Shown here one piece after another: positions 29,545 through 44,440 of a stretch of DNA of 64,000 nucleotides (within the stretch, counting starts at the first letter, position 1; each line of letters opens with the position of its first letter). Both the position numbers and the translations under genes were made by a program. A model generated the notes under the pieces. The model was given only the letters and a program-made list of their open reading frames with translations, was not told where the DNA came from and did no database searches. Origin of the DNA: Eledone cirrhosa (taxonomy: Eukaryota); assembly GCA_964016885.1 (NCBI GenBank), contig OZ024740.1, positions 72,850,001-72,914,000 of the forward strand, given 5' to 3'.

Positions 29545-30212
29545 TGTTGTTACTTTCTCTTGATTCTGAGTATATTTTAACTGGCCACTTTCTTGTAAAA
29601 AAAAAAAAAATTAAATTAATAAAAGCAATTTTCTGATGTCCCTCACACAATTGTCTATCTTTTAAATCTATGATTGCTTTACATATTTTGAAAGCTCTAG
29701 ATATCCTGTTGATTTATAGCTTAGAAATTAAGGAGTTGCATTCTTTCTCCACAAATTCATGTTCAGTCATATTTTGGTCCAAGTGGTTTGGCGTATATCT
29801 TGTAGCTCCAATAATAACGGGTATAAAGCTGAACGTGTATCTTGGGTGCTGGATCTGCAAACTTATTATCAATGGACCGTAGATATTCTCCTTCTCTTGC
29901 ATTTTTCTTACCACACTAATATCAAGTGGGTAGCTGACTTCTTCAACAGAACATGTTTTTAATGTGTGCTCAAACAATAATATCAGGCCGGTTGTGCTTT
30001 AATTTGGTGGCAGATTATATTTTTAGGTCCCACCAGTATTTCTCCCTATTTGATTATATTTACGACTTCCGTAATGCATTCCAGATCGTTCTAGCTATCA
30101 CATCATGTCTCACGAAGTAGTAACGTAAATACATTCTTTCACAGTTAGCAATAATGTGGCTAACATCTTCAATCTTTGTTTTGCACAGCCTACAATTATT
30201 GTCAATTGATGA
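29545..30212 (-). mobile_element. Second decayed R4/Dong-like LINE 3' fragment
   Basis: Homologous to 12310-12960 (HTLKTC..EVSYPLD, QHPRYTFSFIPVIIGAT). Confidence 0.85.
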
Positions 30213-30939
30213 CTTTCGAAAAGTCTAGTTCTGTGTTTGGAGTTCCACAAATGTTTTAGCCTTTGCATAAAACCGAATTTTTTTTATCAGATTGTATATA
30301 TGCTTCAGATAAATTTTTGTTAAGCTTGTAGCTCCACTGCATGCAATGATTGTAGTCATGATATGGTCGGAGGAGAGTGTTATGTTCAGCCATGATGGTT
30401 TTGTCTATTCACTGATATTTGTATTTATTTTTCAAAATAGACGATGTTCTTTAAAAGTTTCGACAAAGTTTTGTCAGAATTAAATTTAAATTTGTTCACA
30501 ACTTTGGTAATCTTTCCTTTCATGTTGTTTTTAATTTTACAATCGTATTTAAACATTCATATTAAGCATTTTTTTTCTCTTGGTGAATTGCTTTGAAACG
30601 TTATTTGACATATTTATGCGTGTAACGTTACAACACTGTGTATCATTATCTATAACAGACAGATTGTTGTTGTTGTGTGTGTGTGTGTGTGTGCATGTTC
30701 CATGTTTATACATTTGCACAATTTCATACCGATTCGACTCAAAGTCTGGAAGAATGTTGTAAATGGTCTAACTTAGATCAACGGCTATTTATTTCATTCA
30801 AACTCACCCACAATTACGGAAATAATCGATAAAACTAAATACATGACGCTTTACCCCTCTCTCTACTCCCCTTAAAATTCCATAAAACTACATACATGCT
30901 GCAACTTTCTCTTATATACGATTAAACTTACAAACTTTA

Positions 30940-31032
<93 letters not shown>

Positions 31033-31238
31033 GAGAGAGAGAGAACGTTTGTTTTTGAGTGTGGAACGGTCAAACATTTATTTACTTCAATGACAAAGAG
31101 AACTTATTACATTTCATACGAAACAACAATTATTCAAAAACAACAGATAAATTTATTCAACAACAAAAAAAAAATAGCGATAAATCAACGAACGTGGAAG
31201 AAAGAAGTATCAGTTCATTTACTATACACAATAATATC

Positions 31239-31415
31239 ATCTATGAGGTCACTAAACCTGCTAGAAACAGCAGCTAACTCTCCCCCATATCACACCACTC
31301 CCTACTGTCTTAAATTTAGAAAACATATCCTCTATGAGGTCACTAAACCTGCTAGAAACAGCAGCTAACTCTCCCCCATATCACACCCCTCCCTACTGTC
31401 TTAAATTTAGAAAAC
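31239..31415. repeat. 91-bp tandem duplication
   Basis: tctatgaggtcactaaacctgctagaaacagc... at 31240 and 31331. Confidence 0.9.
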
Positions 31416-31439
31416 ACACATTAGACAACCATGCAGAAC

Positions 31440-31714
31440 AACTCCATCGCAGCTCTGTTGTTCGGCTGGCATCGTCTACGCGCGTGTTGCGCAAGTACTG
31501 TGAAACAATAAATTTCAACACTTCTTTGCACAGAGATAATATCCATAGGCGAAACTACAATTGTCACTGCTGGCGCAGATCCTGCTTCGGCAGTCCAGGT
31601 CTGCAATTCATTCACCCAGTGCCTGGCAGACAAAAAAGTGCTGCTATAAATTGGGTGGTGCAACCTAACTTTGGTAACTTACTGATCCCGAGCAACGCCG
31701 GGCTTTAATGCTAG
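31440..31714 (+). mobile_element. Non-autonomous Helitron 3' end (5' boundary uncertain)
   Basis: GC hairpin CCCG-agcaacgc-CGGG followed after ~8 nt by CTAG|T. Confidence 0.55.
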
Positions 31715-31917
31715 TATATAGATATGTTAACATGTATGTAACGTTACAATAGATATGTAATGTTTTAGCACTTATGGAGAAATATTCGAATGTAATTTTA
31801 CCGCACTCCGTAGCTCAACTTTTCCAATATATGGTATGTTACCTTTATATAAGCAGTAATTACATCCGAGTATCGGACTGAACACAACGGTCACCACTTT
31901 GGTGTATGTATGTGTGC

Positions 31918-31974
<57 letters not shown>

Positions 31975-31978
<4 letters not shown>

Positions 31979-32080
31979 GATGAGAACGTACTGAAAAAAC
32001 AACACAGTACCTTTGAAATATATATAATAAAGTATATATTTTGATTATGAGAATATATTTCATTTGTTAATATTTTGAAA
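31975..32080 (+). ncRNA. Hammerhead core of family F, 5'-truncated in helix I
   Basis: CTGATGA-gaacgtactg...cagtaccttt-GAAAT-ATAT-ATA; helix III is ATATATAT; flanked by (TA)n. Confidence 0.62.
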
Positions 32081-32095
32081 TATATATATATATAC

Positions 32096-32193
<98 letters not shown>

Positions 32194-33137
32194 GCGTGTG
32201 TGTGTTTTTTTACCGATTAAAGTGAAATGCTGGGTGTTTTTCAATGGATTGTTTAGGAGAACTGGGTTAGTCCAAGCAAACGCTCGTGATTTTGAGATTT
32301 CTGGTTCTTTGGATGGAGAATTAAGAGCAGCAGGAATAGGAGATGGAAGGGGGAAGAATGGGTAGAGGTGGGGGGGGGGGGGGGTTAAAAGAAGGAGTCA
32401 TATGTGGTACAGGTGGAGTAGGAGGTGGTGTGAGGGCAGTGGGGGGGGGGGGAGTGGTGAAGTGAAGTAAAAGGAGCAAAAATCTAACAAAGTTATTGTA
32501 AGGAAATAGCGACTTTCTTTCGCTAATGTGTTTATATATATGTATATATATATGTAGTCTATATATATATGTATATATTATATATATTAATGTAAGAAAC
32601 ACAAACACACACATATATGTATATATATAATATATGTATAGTGTGTGTTGTGTGTGTATGTATGTATATACACATCGATGTTGGGGGTGGGTGGGGTGGA
32701 GACGAAGAGTATAAGGGAAAGAAAGAGAGAGAGAGAGAGAGAAACATTAGGAGATAGTGAAGAATAATTATGTAGTCATGATGATGGTTTTGATGGTTGT
32801 TGTGATGTTAGTTGTGGTAATGGTTGTGGTGGTAGTGGTTGAGGTGGTGGTTGTTGTTGATAGTTGTGGTGGTGGTGAAGGTGTCGGGTGTTGTGGTCGG
32901 TGGCGTGCAATGAGACAGCGGAAGAAATTGAGCAACATATGAACATAGACTTATCACATGGAATGGAACAAGGAATAGCAACAGAGAAGAGAGAGATGGG
33001 AAGAGAGAGAGGAGACAGAGAGAGGGGGGAGAGCGAGTATGTGAGAGAGAGAGAAAGAGAAAAAGAGGGTTGGGGAGATAGCAAGAAAAATACATAAACA
33101 GAGAGAAAGAGAGAGAGAGATAAAGAGAGAGAGAGAT

Positions 33138-33202
<65 letters not shown>

Positions 33203-33214
33203 GAGATGAGAGAG

Positions 33215-33257
<43 letters not shown>

Positions 33258-33623
33258 GCACAGACAAAGTAAGAGACCGAGAGAGGTGGATGGAGAGATG
33301 TGGAAGCGGGCTCAGCTAAGATATAAAAGGGTGAGTGAGCAAGAGTGAACAGCAATTTCGGCGTCTCTGCCCGATGCATTGTCTTAGGGATGAAGTAACC
33401 ATGACTACTAAGAGCTTTTCTGATTCGCAGTTACCAAGTTGTTGCGTACATTTGTTCACGTTCCTGTCCTGTTTCCATTCTTTCGGGAATAAAAATTAAT
33501 GGGAAAAAGACTTCTCAGAAGACTGAACACCCAGCACTTTCGTTAAAATTTCCTCCAGTCCTCCAGTTAACCAAGGAGCATATCAAAAGTTACAATTTTC
33601 AGAAAATAATACACACACCACAC

Positions 33624-33673
<50 letters not shown>

Positions 33674-33676
33674 TAT

Positions 33677-33756
<80 letters not shown>

Positions 33757-33875
33757 GAGTGTATATGTGTGTGTATATAGTAAAATAAATATAAATTATA
33801 TGCGAAACGAAATGAAAATAGAAGATTTGAGCTAAGCAAGAAACATATCAAAAGAAAGTTAAAAATTCTTAGAGC

Positions 33876-33944
<69 letters not shown>

Positions 33945-34417
33945 TATATATACACACACATATATACACACACATATATATACACACACATATATACACA
34001 CACATATATATACACACGCATATTCTTATAACGAAATAAGAATAGAGGATTTAGCGAAGAAAGGGTAAAATAAATTTCAAAAAGGAAAAAAAAGACTATA
34101 AAAAGTCATATCAATATTAAAGCATTAAAGTATCGCAGACATTGCATGTACAATACTGCAATATATGACACGCAAATAGACTGCGTTTGTCTTTCTTACT
34201 CTTAACTCTGTTTACAACTTTTGGCTTGACTATCGACTGTTTACATATGCACACACACGCAGTTCATAAATATATATATATATAAACGGAAAAAATGAAA
34301 CGAAATTTCATTTCCCACTCTTAGTACGGCTGTTACATATATATATATATATATATCTATATATATATAATATATATATATATATAGTATATATATATAT
34401 ATATATACATATGTATA

Positions 34418-34471
<54 letters not shown>

Positions 34472-36106
34472 CTATGAGTGTGTGTGTGTGTGTGTACAGT
34501 GGAACCTCGGTTTGAACTATAGCCGTCTTAGGTTTATTAAGGTTTCAAGACCTTCAGAGCCCCTTCTTCAGGATAACAATGTTCATGTTAGTGGCTGCAT
34601 TTTCAGTAGTAGCAGAGGGACATGGAAAGTATAGTAAAATCTTGGACTCCTGTTTACAAAAAATTATTTAGCACTTGAGGTATATATTTTGATATTAGTA
34701 AAGCTTACATAGTTACTCTTCTTGTTTTGTGTGGAATTCTTTATAGAGTTATATTGTTATCAACTAATGTGTTTTAATCTAATTTTGTTGCATGTGTTTG
34801 TGATAACTTTTTGTTGTAAGTGCATGGTCAACAAACAAGAAAGTATCGTACTTGTATGTTCTAGGACCTAATGCATCCTAATCATAGGTTGAATATGTTA
34901 TTAAAAATCTCTTAAAGCAAAACATGTAAAGCTCCTAATCACAAACTCATAACCAGAAAATACTGCACAAAACAGTGTATTCATATTTGTATTTGTTTTG
35001 CAAGATGCTTGATGTGAAATCGTGTGTTGAAGCAGATATATTGTTAAGAACAAGATCAGAACAAAAAGGAGTCACAGAGGAGCAAGAATGGTCATTGAGA
35101 AGATCCCAGGATGTGTAACGAAAGAGATTTAGCAATTAACAATTAAACAGCCAACCGGTCATTAAACTAATCAGATGAATGGGTTACTTACTCATCTAAT
35201 AAACTGAAGTGAAACTCAACTGGTGCGAGTGTTTTTATTGGCCCCTCCCAAAGTGTAACAATAACTACAAAAATCACCAGAATAAAAACTTCCTCATCAA
35301 CATGCAAAACCACAGAACGTATTTCAGATGACTTACAGAATTTAAAGATTTTAAGTACATCGGGCACATAGCAGTTTCTTGTCAGATGATCATACATTTA
35401 CAACAAGGAGGAGCTATCAATATCATTATCATACAATATATGAAACAACTCACCGCTACTGTGATAGCTGTGACATGATCAAGCTTTTTTTTAAATTCAT
35501 AGTGAGATACTCGTATGTATATTATACATAAACATATCGTATACATCTTTATATACACCTCTATAATGAACCCACACTATGTTAGTGCCACTTCTAAAAA
35601 AGTAACATTAGTTGATAATGCTATAATTCTATATAGAATCGAGGCTGAACAGGCATGTTATATCGTTGAGTAAGGGACTTTATTTCACGTTTCTTCAGTA
35701 GATTTAACTGAAGAAATAAGTAGCACCAACACTTGGGAGTTCACTTGACACCCTCTTAAAACCGGTATAAACATAACTATGATGAGCGCCATATTTCGTA
35801 ATATTTTTTTCTCTATAAAACAAAAGTATATGAGAAAGGGAATGTAGGAAAGTGATCTCACTAAAAGGACGTACTTACTTGGTATAGTCGAACTCACAAT
35901 AAATATTGTCGTGCTTTAAATAACACGATGTTGCTCTTCCAGAGCAAGATTACAAACACAACAGCGGAGACAGCTCACGTGCCAATATTGGTCGTCTACT
36001 TTCAAGAGGAATTTCTCTCGAATGATCTCGTTGCACCCCCCCCACAACGCTTGCCCTGAAAACAATCAGAATGAAAAACATGAAAGAAATAGTAAGATTA
36101 AGTCAT

Positions 36107-36192
<86 letters not shown>

Positions 36193-37281
36193 TATATAAT
36201 ATATATACTACACATACATACACACATATATATATATACATATATATATTCATTTATATAAGGGAAAAGGAGAAGCAAATACAGACAAATATGCAAGGAA
36301 ATATTGGTGACGAAGAAAAATAATAATAAGAGGAAGGTAGGGGGGGGGGGTAGCCAAAGGAAGAAGATGAAGAAGAAATAGAAAAATAGGCCGGAGTATA
36401 CCGAGGAATGCTTAGTTTGAACGTTGCTAATTAAAAAAACATGTAGACAATTCAATAGGAATAATGAATATTTAAGCTAGAACTCGGAGTGTATTAGAAG
36501 ATTTAGGGTACGTTTAATGTAATTATAACTACACCATTTGAATTAGAAAATTTTACTCTGAAAAGAATGAAGTGTAAACACTTTCATCTATTCTTCTGTT
36601 CAAAGAAAAACATAAGAGATTACCGTCATCGTGCTTCCCCCTCATCAGTACAATTCTCTTTAAATGGGGATATAACTACAGCACCGCTATATATTCCGGA
36701 AAGATGTACAATATAGAGGCAATGGTCAGTCAAATTTCAATGAAGTGCCCCCATTTGGCAACATAATTAATTAACTAATTAAGATTTAATTAGAATTTAT
36801 GTTTGAATAGAACATATATTAGATGTTTTACGTAAATTCAATATAGATATTGACACAGATTTTAAATTAGAAGCCTTCTCATACATAACTATTTAATATC
36901 TAATTAATTATGTCGCTAAATAAATGTACATTATATAAATTATCCTGACTACTTCAGCTATATTTTAAACCCTGCTTGACAAATAAACTGATGTTATAGA
37001 AATATTCTTTTGTAGACAAAATCATACAGATTTTTACCTTCTGATAAGAAGACAATAAGATCCGAAATGTATAAATTGAAGTCCCTTATGCTGTATACAG
37101 GGGAATAGAAGGGAAAAACAACGACTGTAGTTATAACTACATTAAATGTACCTCAGATAAATATATATGTATAGTTAGATGAAGTAATATTTAGAAGTCG
37201 TAAATGGGTCTATGGTGTGAATAAAGATGTAAAGAGACTCGAGAACACACAATAGAGAAGACAGACTAATCACACTATGGG

Positions 37282-37327
<46 letters not shown>

Positions 37328-37331
<4 letters not shown>

Positions 37332-37509
37332 AAAAAGTATGATCCCGACGGCAGAGCTCAAGCCGTTTCTAGGTCTAGAAATAGCCGTCGAAACGGATTG
37401 AGCTCTGCCGTCGGGGGTCATACTTTTTCCTATTACCCACTCTACTACCCTAAGTATTGAGTACTCTGGTGCGTTATGGTCCATCTGGTCCCTTACCACA
37501 ATTCCTTCG

Positions 37510-37512
<3 letters not shown>
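37328..37512. mobile_element. Family B inverted pair
   Basis: Same family as 7644-7833. Confidence 0.75.
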
Positions 37513-37591
<79 letters not shown>

Positions 37592-37821
37592 AAATGCCAC
37601 ACTACGAATATACTCTTGGTTAGCATTCTGAGACAAACGTTCAAGCCATATCTCATTGAGTGAGTAATTGCGAGCAAACAGGATTATGGTGAATACTCAA
37701 TATAACCTCATCAATATATATATATATATATATAAATTTGTACATGTGTATGGGGGGGGGGGTATGTATGAAATACATTTTGTGTTGCAAACGGAAGAAA
37801 CGAACACTGAGTATGTTATGT

Positions 37822-37883
<62 letters not shown>

Positions 37884-38092
37884 TATTATTTTAACGCTAG
37901 AAATACCTCACTTGTCAAAGTAGCATCAAAATGTTTGGAGTTTTATTTATAGCTTCTGGTGTAGAAATCAATAGAATGTTCTAAGAAATACCGTTAATGT
38001 CACGTGATTACAGTACATAAATTTGACAACTCACATAAAATTGGTTGATGTAGTTGTGATGTGATATCGCATATCATTATATGTACATAGAA

Positions 38093-38540
38093 GGGCGGTG
38101 GGTTGTTAGTATCGGTAGAGCTTCAGATAACATGCTTTGCCATATAAAGTTACGGCCTTTTACAATCTGAGTTCAAATCTCGCCGAGGTTAGCTTTGCCT
38201 TTCATCCTTACGGGGTCGATAAAATAAAGTACCAGTAATGCACTGGGGTCCATTTAATCGACTTTACTCTTCCCTTCAAATTATGTCCTCGTGCTTAAAT
38301 CAGAAATAATTATATGTACATAGAAGTGTCGCAGATTGGAAGAATCGTTAGCGTGTCGGACAAAATGTTTGGCGGTCTTTGTTGAGGCTCTTTACGTTCT
38401 GGTTTCCAATCATACCGAGGTCAATTTTACCTCTCATCTTGCGGGATCGATGAAATATAATACCAGTGATGTACTGGGGTCAATTTAATACCCCCCCCCC
38501 CTCACAAAATTGATGGCAGTGTGCTTAATTAGAACCTATC
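38093..38540 (+). mobile_element. Two tandem tRNA-derived SINEs
   Basis: 38093-38312 and 38335-38540; same family as 1397-1570. Confidence 0.82.
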
Positions 38541-39078
38541 ATAGAATGTTTAGTTACACACATGGAAATACATGGATACACACACATGGACACACACACA
38601 TGTAAACACAAACAGACACAATACACACACAAAAACACACATATAGGCGCGCGGACATAGGCACACACACATAGACACACACATGGGCACGGACATAGAC
38701 ACACATATTGACACACACACAGAGACACACACACATGGACACAGACATAGACGCACACATTGACACACACACACACACACACGCACACATGGACACAGAC
38801 ATAGACACACACATTGACACACACACACACACAGACGCACATGCGAAATACGATTGATGCTTACTCACAGAGATACCCACAGATACCTGCATAGAAACAA
38901 GAAATAGAATGTACATCTAATTAAATATACATACACACTGACATGCGCAAAACAATGTGTGTCCATATCTGTTAGACACGCAGTGACTAACAACAGAATG
39001 TTTTAAGTCTGCATGTCTGACATATATGCGTAGCTTGTGATTCAAGAGTGATCTCTGCCAAACATCTTTTGTAATGTA

Positions 39079-39248
39079 TCGTCTTATTGGCTAATTTCAT
39101 CGTCTTATTGGCTAATCAACCAACGAGAGCAATTGTTGCTCAAAAACATCCGCCATTTTGTTTGCACGTTTATTTATCGTTTCGCTTTCGAATCTTCCTC
39201 CTGTATTTCGTCGTTTAACATCAAAATATTTTTCTCGTTTTAGTAAGT
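39079..39248 (+). promoter_or_regulatory. Candidate promoter plus non-coding first exon
   Basis: Two ATTGG (CCAAT) boxes at 39086 and 39107, YY1-type CCGCCATTTT at 39150, a CpG-richer patch, then a GTAAGT donor at 39243 followed by very AT-rich DNA. Confidence 0.4.
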
Positions 39249-39690
39249 TATATTGTTAATTTATTTATGATTTTTTAAATTTATATTAACTATTTTATTT
39301 CAGTTCGTTATAACATGCTTATTGGTTGTATCATATTTACTTGTATATTTGTCCATATTATTGTTCGTTTTATGTTAGATTATTTTATTATTATTATGTT
39401 AGATTATTTTGTTTATTATTATGTTAGACTATTTGTATGTAATATTTAATTTTTATTAATTCAACTATAACAATTATTATGTAAAATATATTTATTTAAT
39501 ATTGATTGATTTCTGTAGTTGATTATATTAAAAGTCTGAAAATATTTTTATTCATCTTACAATAATATTTATAAGATCATTTATAAAATAACAATTATAT
39601 AATCTAATTACATTACAACGATACTTTATTATTAATATATATCATGTTTAACTAGAGTTATTACAAGCGTTGCCTTAAAAAAATATTACA

Positions 39691-40138
39691 CTATACCTGA
39701 AAAATGCGCAAGCTCAAAAGAGCCACAGAATGTTATAATAAACCTTCAAAAGTGTGGGACTAGAGTTGTTGCTCAAAAATATTGTAATCATTATCTATCG
39801 TACATTCTGTGGCATCCTTTTATAAAAAAGAGACTCATAACGAACTCAAGACGACACGATAATTATTTAAGTGAATTTATAATATAGAATTCGGTTTAAG
39901 TGCATTTCGTATTAATCATTACTAAACATCTAATATGAGATATTGAACATTAGCTTAAATAATTATCGTGTCGTCTTGAGTTCGTTATGAGTCTCTTTTT
40001 TTATAAAAGGATGCCAGAGTGTACGATAGTTAATGATTACAATATACTTGAGCAACAACTCTAGTCCCACACTTTTGAAGGTTTATTATAACATTCTGTG
40101 GCTCATTGGCGCTTGCGCAATTTTCAGGTCCAGTATAG
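39691..40138. mobile_element. MITE/foldback element with ~180-bp inverted arms
   Basis: 39691-39871 vs 39954-40138; no HHR core; superfamily unclear. Confidence 0.75.
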
Positions 40139-40509
40139 ATATGTTTGTATATATGTGCTTATATATGTATATGTATATACCTATGTGTGCGTATACACAG
40201 TCTAGGTTGTATGTGTTAGTGCATATATGCATGCTTATATACACATGTATATTGTTTGTGTGAGAATTGGACAAATCAAAAGAAACTGAAAGGCAGAATT
40301 ATTTCCCCTTTCCTCCCTAAACTTGAAGCCTTAGTTCTTTTGCATGCCACCACAATACACTTCTAGTTTCAATACGAGACGGTGTTAAGACGCTATGCAC
40401 AAGTGGTGAGTGCAATGTGAATTCAAAACAAAATGTACATGAAACAACTTGTATTGTAAACATCATGTAATTTTCGATAAAGCTTCATTAACTTTGTAAT
40501 GCCGTATCG

Positions 40510-40540
<31 letters not shown>

Positions 40541-40611
40541 TGTATGTATGTATGTATGTATGTATGTATGTATGTATGTATGTATGTATCTATGTATGTA
40601 TGTATGTACTT

Positions 40612-41100
40612 GACATCCTGCAGGACTAAAAACAAAACCTGTCAAAGGGCAAAGGACCTCTTAAGAGTCAATGGCCATCCAAAATCACCGGGAGAGATGA
40701 CCCCTTAGCCTTTGTCAAGGCAGAATTCTAGGAGAAGGAAAACTCTGATATAACACCTGCAACCTGATGGTATCCAATGATGTTGACTTGTTCTTCTTTT
40801 TGGTAAATATCATCTTGGTTAAGAGAGTGGGACTGGCTTTGTGCAGTGCCTTTGCTCACTATAAAAGCTTCACAGCATAGACATTGCTTTATATCTGGAG
40901 ATCTCTCTGCACTTGTCGTCACATGGTACCATGGGCCCAGCACTATGTGTCAATAATTGTCACAAGTGTAGCGTTTGTACCAGAGTTTTCAAGTCGCTGG
41001 CTGGACTAAAAAGTCACACTCGTTCAGCGCATCGGTAGTGGTTCTCCTACATGAATATAAAGTAGTGGCCGTACTCGAAAACGAGTTGGCAGCCACCATG
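40612..41100 (+). mobile_element. RTE derivative, 5'-truncated, in (TATG)n
   Basis: Matches 8811-9298. Confidence 0.82.
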
Positions 41101-41260
41101 TATGTATGTATGTATGTATGTATGTATGTATGTATGTATGTATGTATGTATGTATGTATGTATGTATGTATGTATCTATTTATGTAAGTATAAATATATT
41201 TACGTGTCTGTATGTATGTTTTATATATATGTATATATGTACGTATATATATATATCGGC

Positions 41261-41298
<38 letters not shown>

Positions 41299-41373
41299 TA
41301 TATATATATATATATGTATATATATGTGTGTGTGTATAAGTACATTTGCATGTATTTCTTTTCCTAGCAACCA

Positions 41374-41419
<46 letters not shown>

Positions 41420-41426
41420 TTACATC

Positions 41427-41890
41427 TGTGCCGTGGCTATGCTGAAATAGGTTATATGGTGGACGAGATTGAGAGGACTGAGGACAGATGCTTTTCTCTC
41501 CGGACAACAATTGATTCCCTTCTTTAAGTATCACTTTAGAAGGAGAATCAGAGTGGAGAGAGAGACACTGCACCCCAGTAAATTTACTGAAAGGTGGGTG
41601 AATGAAGCGAAAATGGCCCGAGTGATTGGGCCTTCTCTGTTTATAAGCCTGTAGGTTAAAGAAGTGAGCAAAAGGAAGAAAGGGGCACTTGCACAACACG
41701 CTCCTGAAGTTGAGGGTTGTTCTATCGACGGGGTATTAAACAACCCATTTGTGACGCCTCGCCCCTATTGGGGATTTCGATTGTTATAATTGTTTGTTTC
41801 AATATTTTTACACGACTGTATCTAAAATCCCCGGCCAGTGTCTTTGTATTGCCCCCTTTTCTTGTGCGCTCTTTTGGCAAATAAAGAAAT
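41427..41890 (+). mobile_element. Tx1-like LINE 3' fragment in (CTAT)n
   Basis: Diverged homologue of 42908-43367; ends AATAAAGAAAT-CTATCTAT. Confidence 0.8.
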
Positions 41891-41902
41891 CTATCTATCT
41901 AT

Positions 41903-43367
41903 CGGGGAGATCGGCACCTTACTGGAGGAATACGAAAGGTTCACAAGAGCGAAGCTGAACCGGGACAAATCCGTCGGTTTGTAACTCGGAACGTGGAGAG
42001 GCAAACCGATGCCTTCCGATAACGTCGTCGAACGCTGGACGGAAGGACCGGTAAAGCTGCTCGGGGTCTGGTTTGGTCCTGACCTCCAGGTGGAGAAGAA
42101 CTGGAACGAGGTGACGGCCAAGGTGTTTGCGCTCACCCAGAAGTGGGCCGAGTGCAAACTATCCTTGAAACGTCGAGCGGAGGTGGCGAACACTTTTATA
42201 GCGTCCGTCATCTACTACCGCTTGACCGTTGTGCCTTGTCCAGCCAAAACGCTCACCAAAATGGAGCGCGCGCTCTTCCAATTCCTTTGGAAGAAACGAG
42301 CTCCTTTGGTGAGAAGATCCATCTGCTGCCAACACCCTTCAAACGGAGTGCTGGGGATGCCGTGGCTGACGATGCGTAAACACGCGCTCAGGCTGCGGCA
42401 CCTCCACGTATTCCTCACCAGACAACCGGTGTGGGCCCCGTTCGTGCGGCGAGCCTTCCCACGACTCGTCTCGCTGACCGAGCTGCAGTCCTGGGTCAAG
42501 CAAAACCGAGGAAAATGGGCGACTGGCACATCGAATGTGCTCAGGCGCTCACAGTCCTCTGGCAAACGGATCCGGCGTTCAGTGGAGACTCTACTTCGAC
42601 ATTCTATAGAGGGTTGGTCCGCAGCAAGTGCGACGACACGCTCCGAGGAACTCTAGGCGTATAGGAGGACGAACTGGCCAGTCTGTTCGGTAGGACCTTC
42701 CGCCCGGGACCAATGGACAACTTCCAAAGGTCCCTGGTCTGGCAGTGCTACCGAGGAGCTCTACCAGTTCGAGACAAGCTCTACAGACACGGGCGCCCGG
42801 GTAGGGACCCTTCGAAAAAGATCTGTCCGAGATGCGTTGACCACCGAGTCCATTGTCATGATCAAACCGCCACCCTCCTTCAAAAACGAGGGAGAGGCGG
42901 TTTTCCTATGTGTTATGGCTATGGTGAAAGAGGTTATATGGTGGACGAGGTTAAAAGGGCTGAGGTCAGACACCTTTCTCCCGGGCGAGCAACTGGTTCG
43001 TTTTTTCAAATATCATTTTGGAAGAAGAATCAGGATGGAGAGAGAGGTACTGTACCCCAGCAAATTTTATAAAAGGTGGGTGAATGTGGCAAGAACGGCC
43101 CGAGTGGTTGGGCCTTCTCTCTATATAAGCTTGTAGGTTAAGGAAAAAGAGGAAGAGAGGAAGGGAGTACTCACTCTTGGTGCTCCTGGAGATGAGGGTT
43201 GTAGATTTTTTCGGGGTGTGTACAACCCCTGTGTAACACCTCCCCCTATTGGGGATTTCAATTGTTATTTGTTGTTTTATTAATAGTTTTATTTTCATAT
43301 ACCTGTATGTAAACTCCCCATTTGTATTTGTCCCCTTCTGTTGTGCCCTTGTGGCTAATAAAGAAAT
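41903..43367 (+). mobile_element. 5'-truncated L1/Tx1-like LINE (RT C-terminus, zf-RVT region, 3' UTR), frameshifted
   Basis: AKLNRDKS, VKLLGVWFG, NWNEV, LSLKRRAEVANTFIASVIYY, FLWK, GVLGMP, WQCYRGALPV..CPRC; AATAAA then (CTAT)n. Confidence 0.88.
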
Positions 43368-43472
<105 letters not shown>

Positions 43473-44027
43473 ATGCACAAACCTTTGGCAATAAAGCCAA
43501 AATATTCAACTTACTTTGCAAAATAAGCTAAACACAAAACAAATACAAAGGACAACAACAAACAAAAACATTCAATATTAAAAATTATATTAACAACAAT
43601 AACAACGACCACAACAATATCAATATGTACAAATGCACTTAGCAATTAAAAGCCTATATCAGGCTTCGCTCCAGACAGATATCTGTATATGTTGAATCAA
43701 TGGTTTTATAGTAAATTATACACATACATACATACATACATACATACATACATACATACATACATACATACATACATACATACATACATACATACATACA
43801 TACATACGTACACACTTATACACACACTCATAGGTATATATATGCGCCATTTTTTTATGTTAAAAATATTAAGAACAAAAGTATTGAATGTATTATCTGG
43901 CTTGTTTGTTTGTTTGTTTGTTAGTTTTTCGTTTCATTTCTTTTATTTAAAAAATATTTCTTATTGAAATTGAAACTAAAATAATAATAATAATAATAAT
44001 AATAATAGTAGTAGTAGTAGTAGTAGC

Positions 44028-44097
<70 letters not shown>

Positions 44098-44292
44098 ATA
44101 AAGATATGGAAATATCTTGTAATAAAAGCAACCACAAAGAAATAATAAGAACCACAATAACAACAACAACAAACAGAAGGGCAATATGAATTATACGAGA
44201 GCTTTAGACAAAACAACCCCCCCAAAAAATCAATACAACCATATCAATCAACGAACGCCAAAGCAAAACATTTCGACTGAAAAACGATCGCC

Positions 44293-44323
<31 letters not shown>

Positions 44324-44396
44324 AATGATGTGTTGGGATATATAAAGAAAATTATTAAAAAACCCTACTAATATACAGAGTATTTTGTATTTTAAC

Positions 44397-44440
<44 letters not shown>

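Noticed and set aside
33320-33500. TATAAAAG after GA-rich DNA as a promoter
   Set aside because: Only a TATA-like word; the downstream ATG opens just ~32 codons and I saw no clear donor site.
37040-37085. Hammerhead-like CTGATAA...GAAATGTATA
   Set aside because: Core G8 is mutated and helices are weak; cannot be distinguished from chance.
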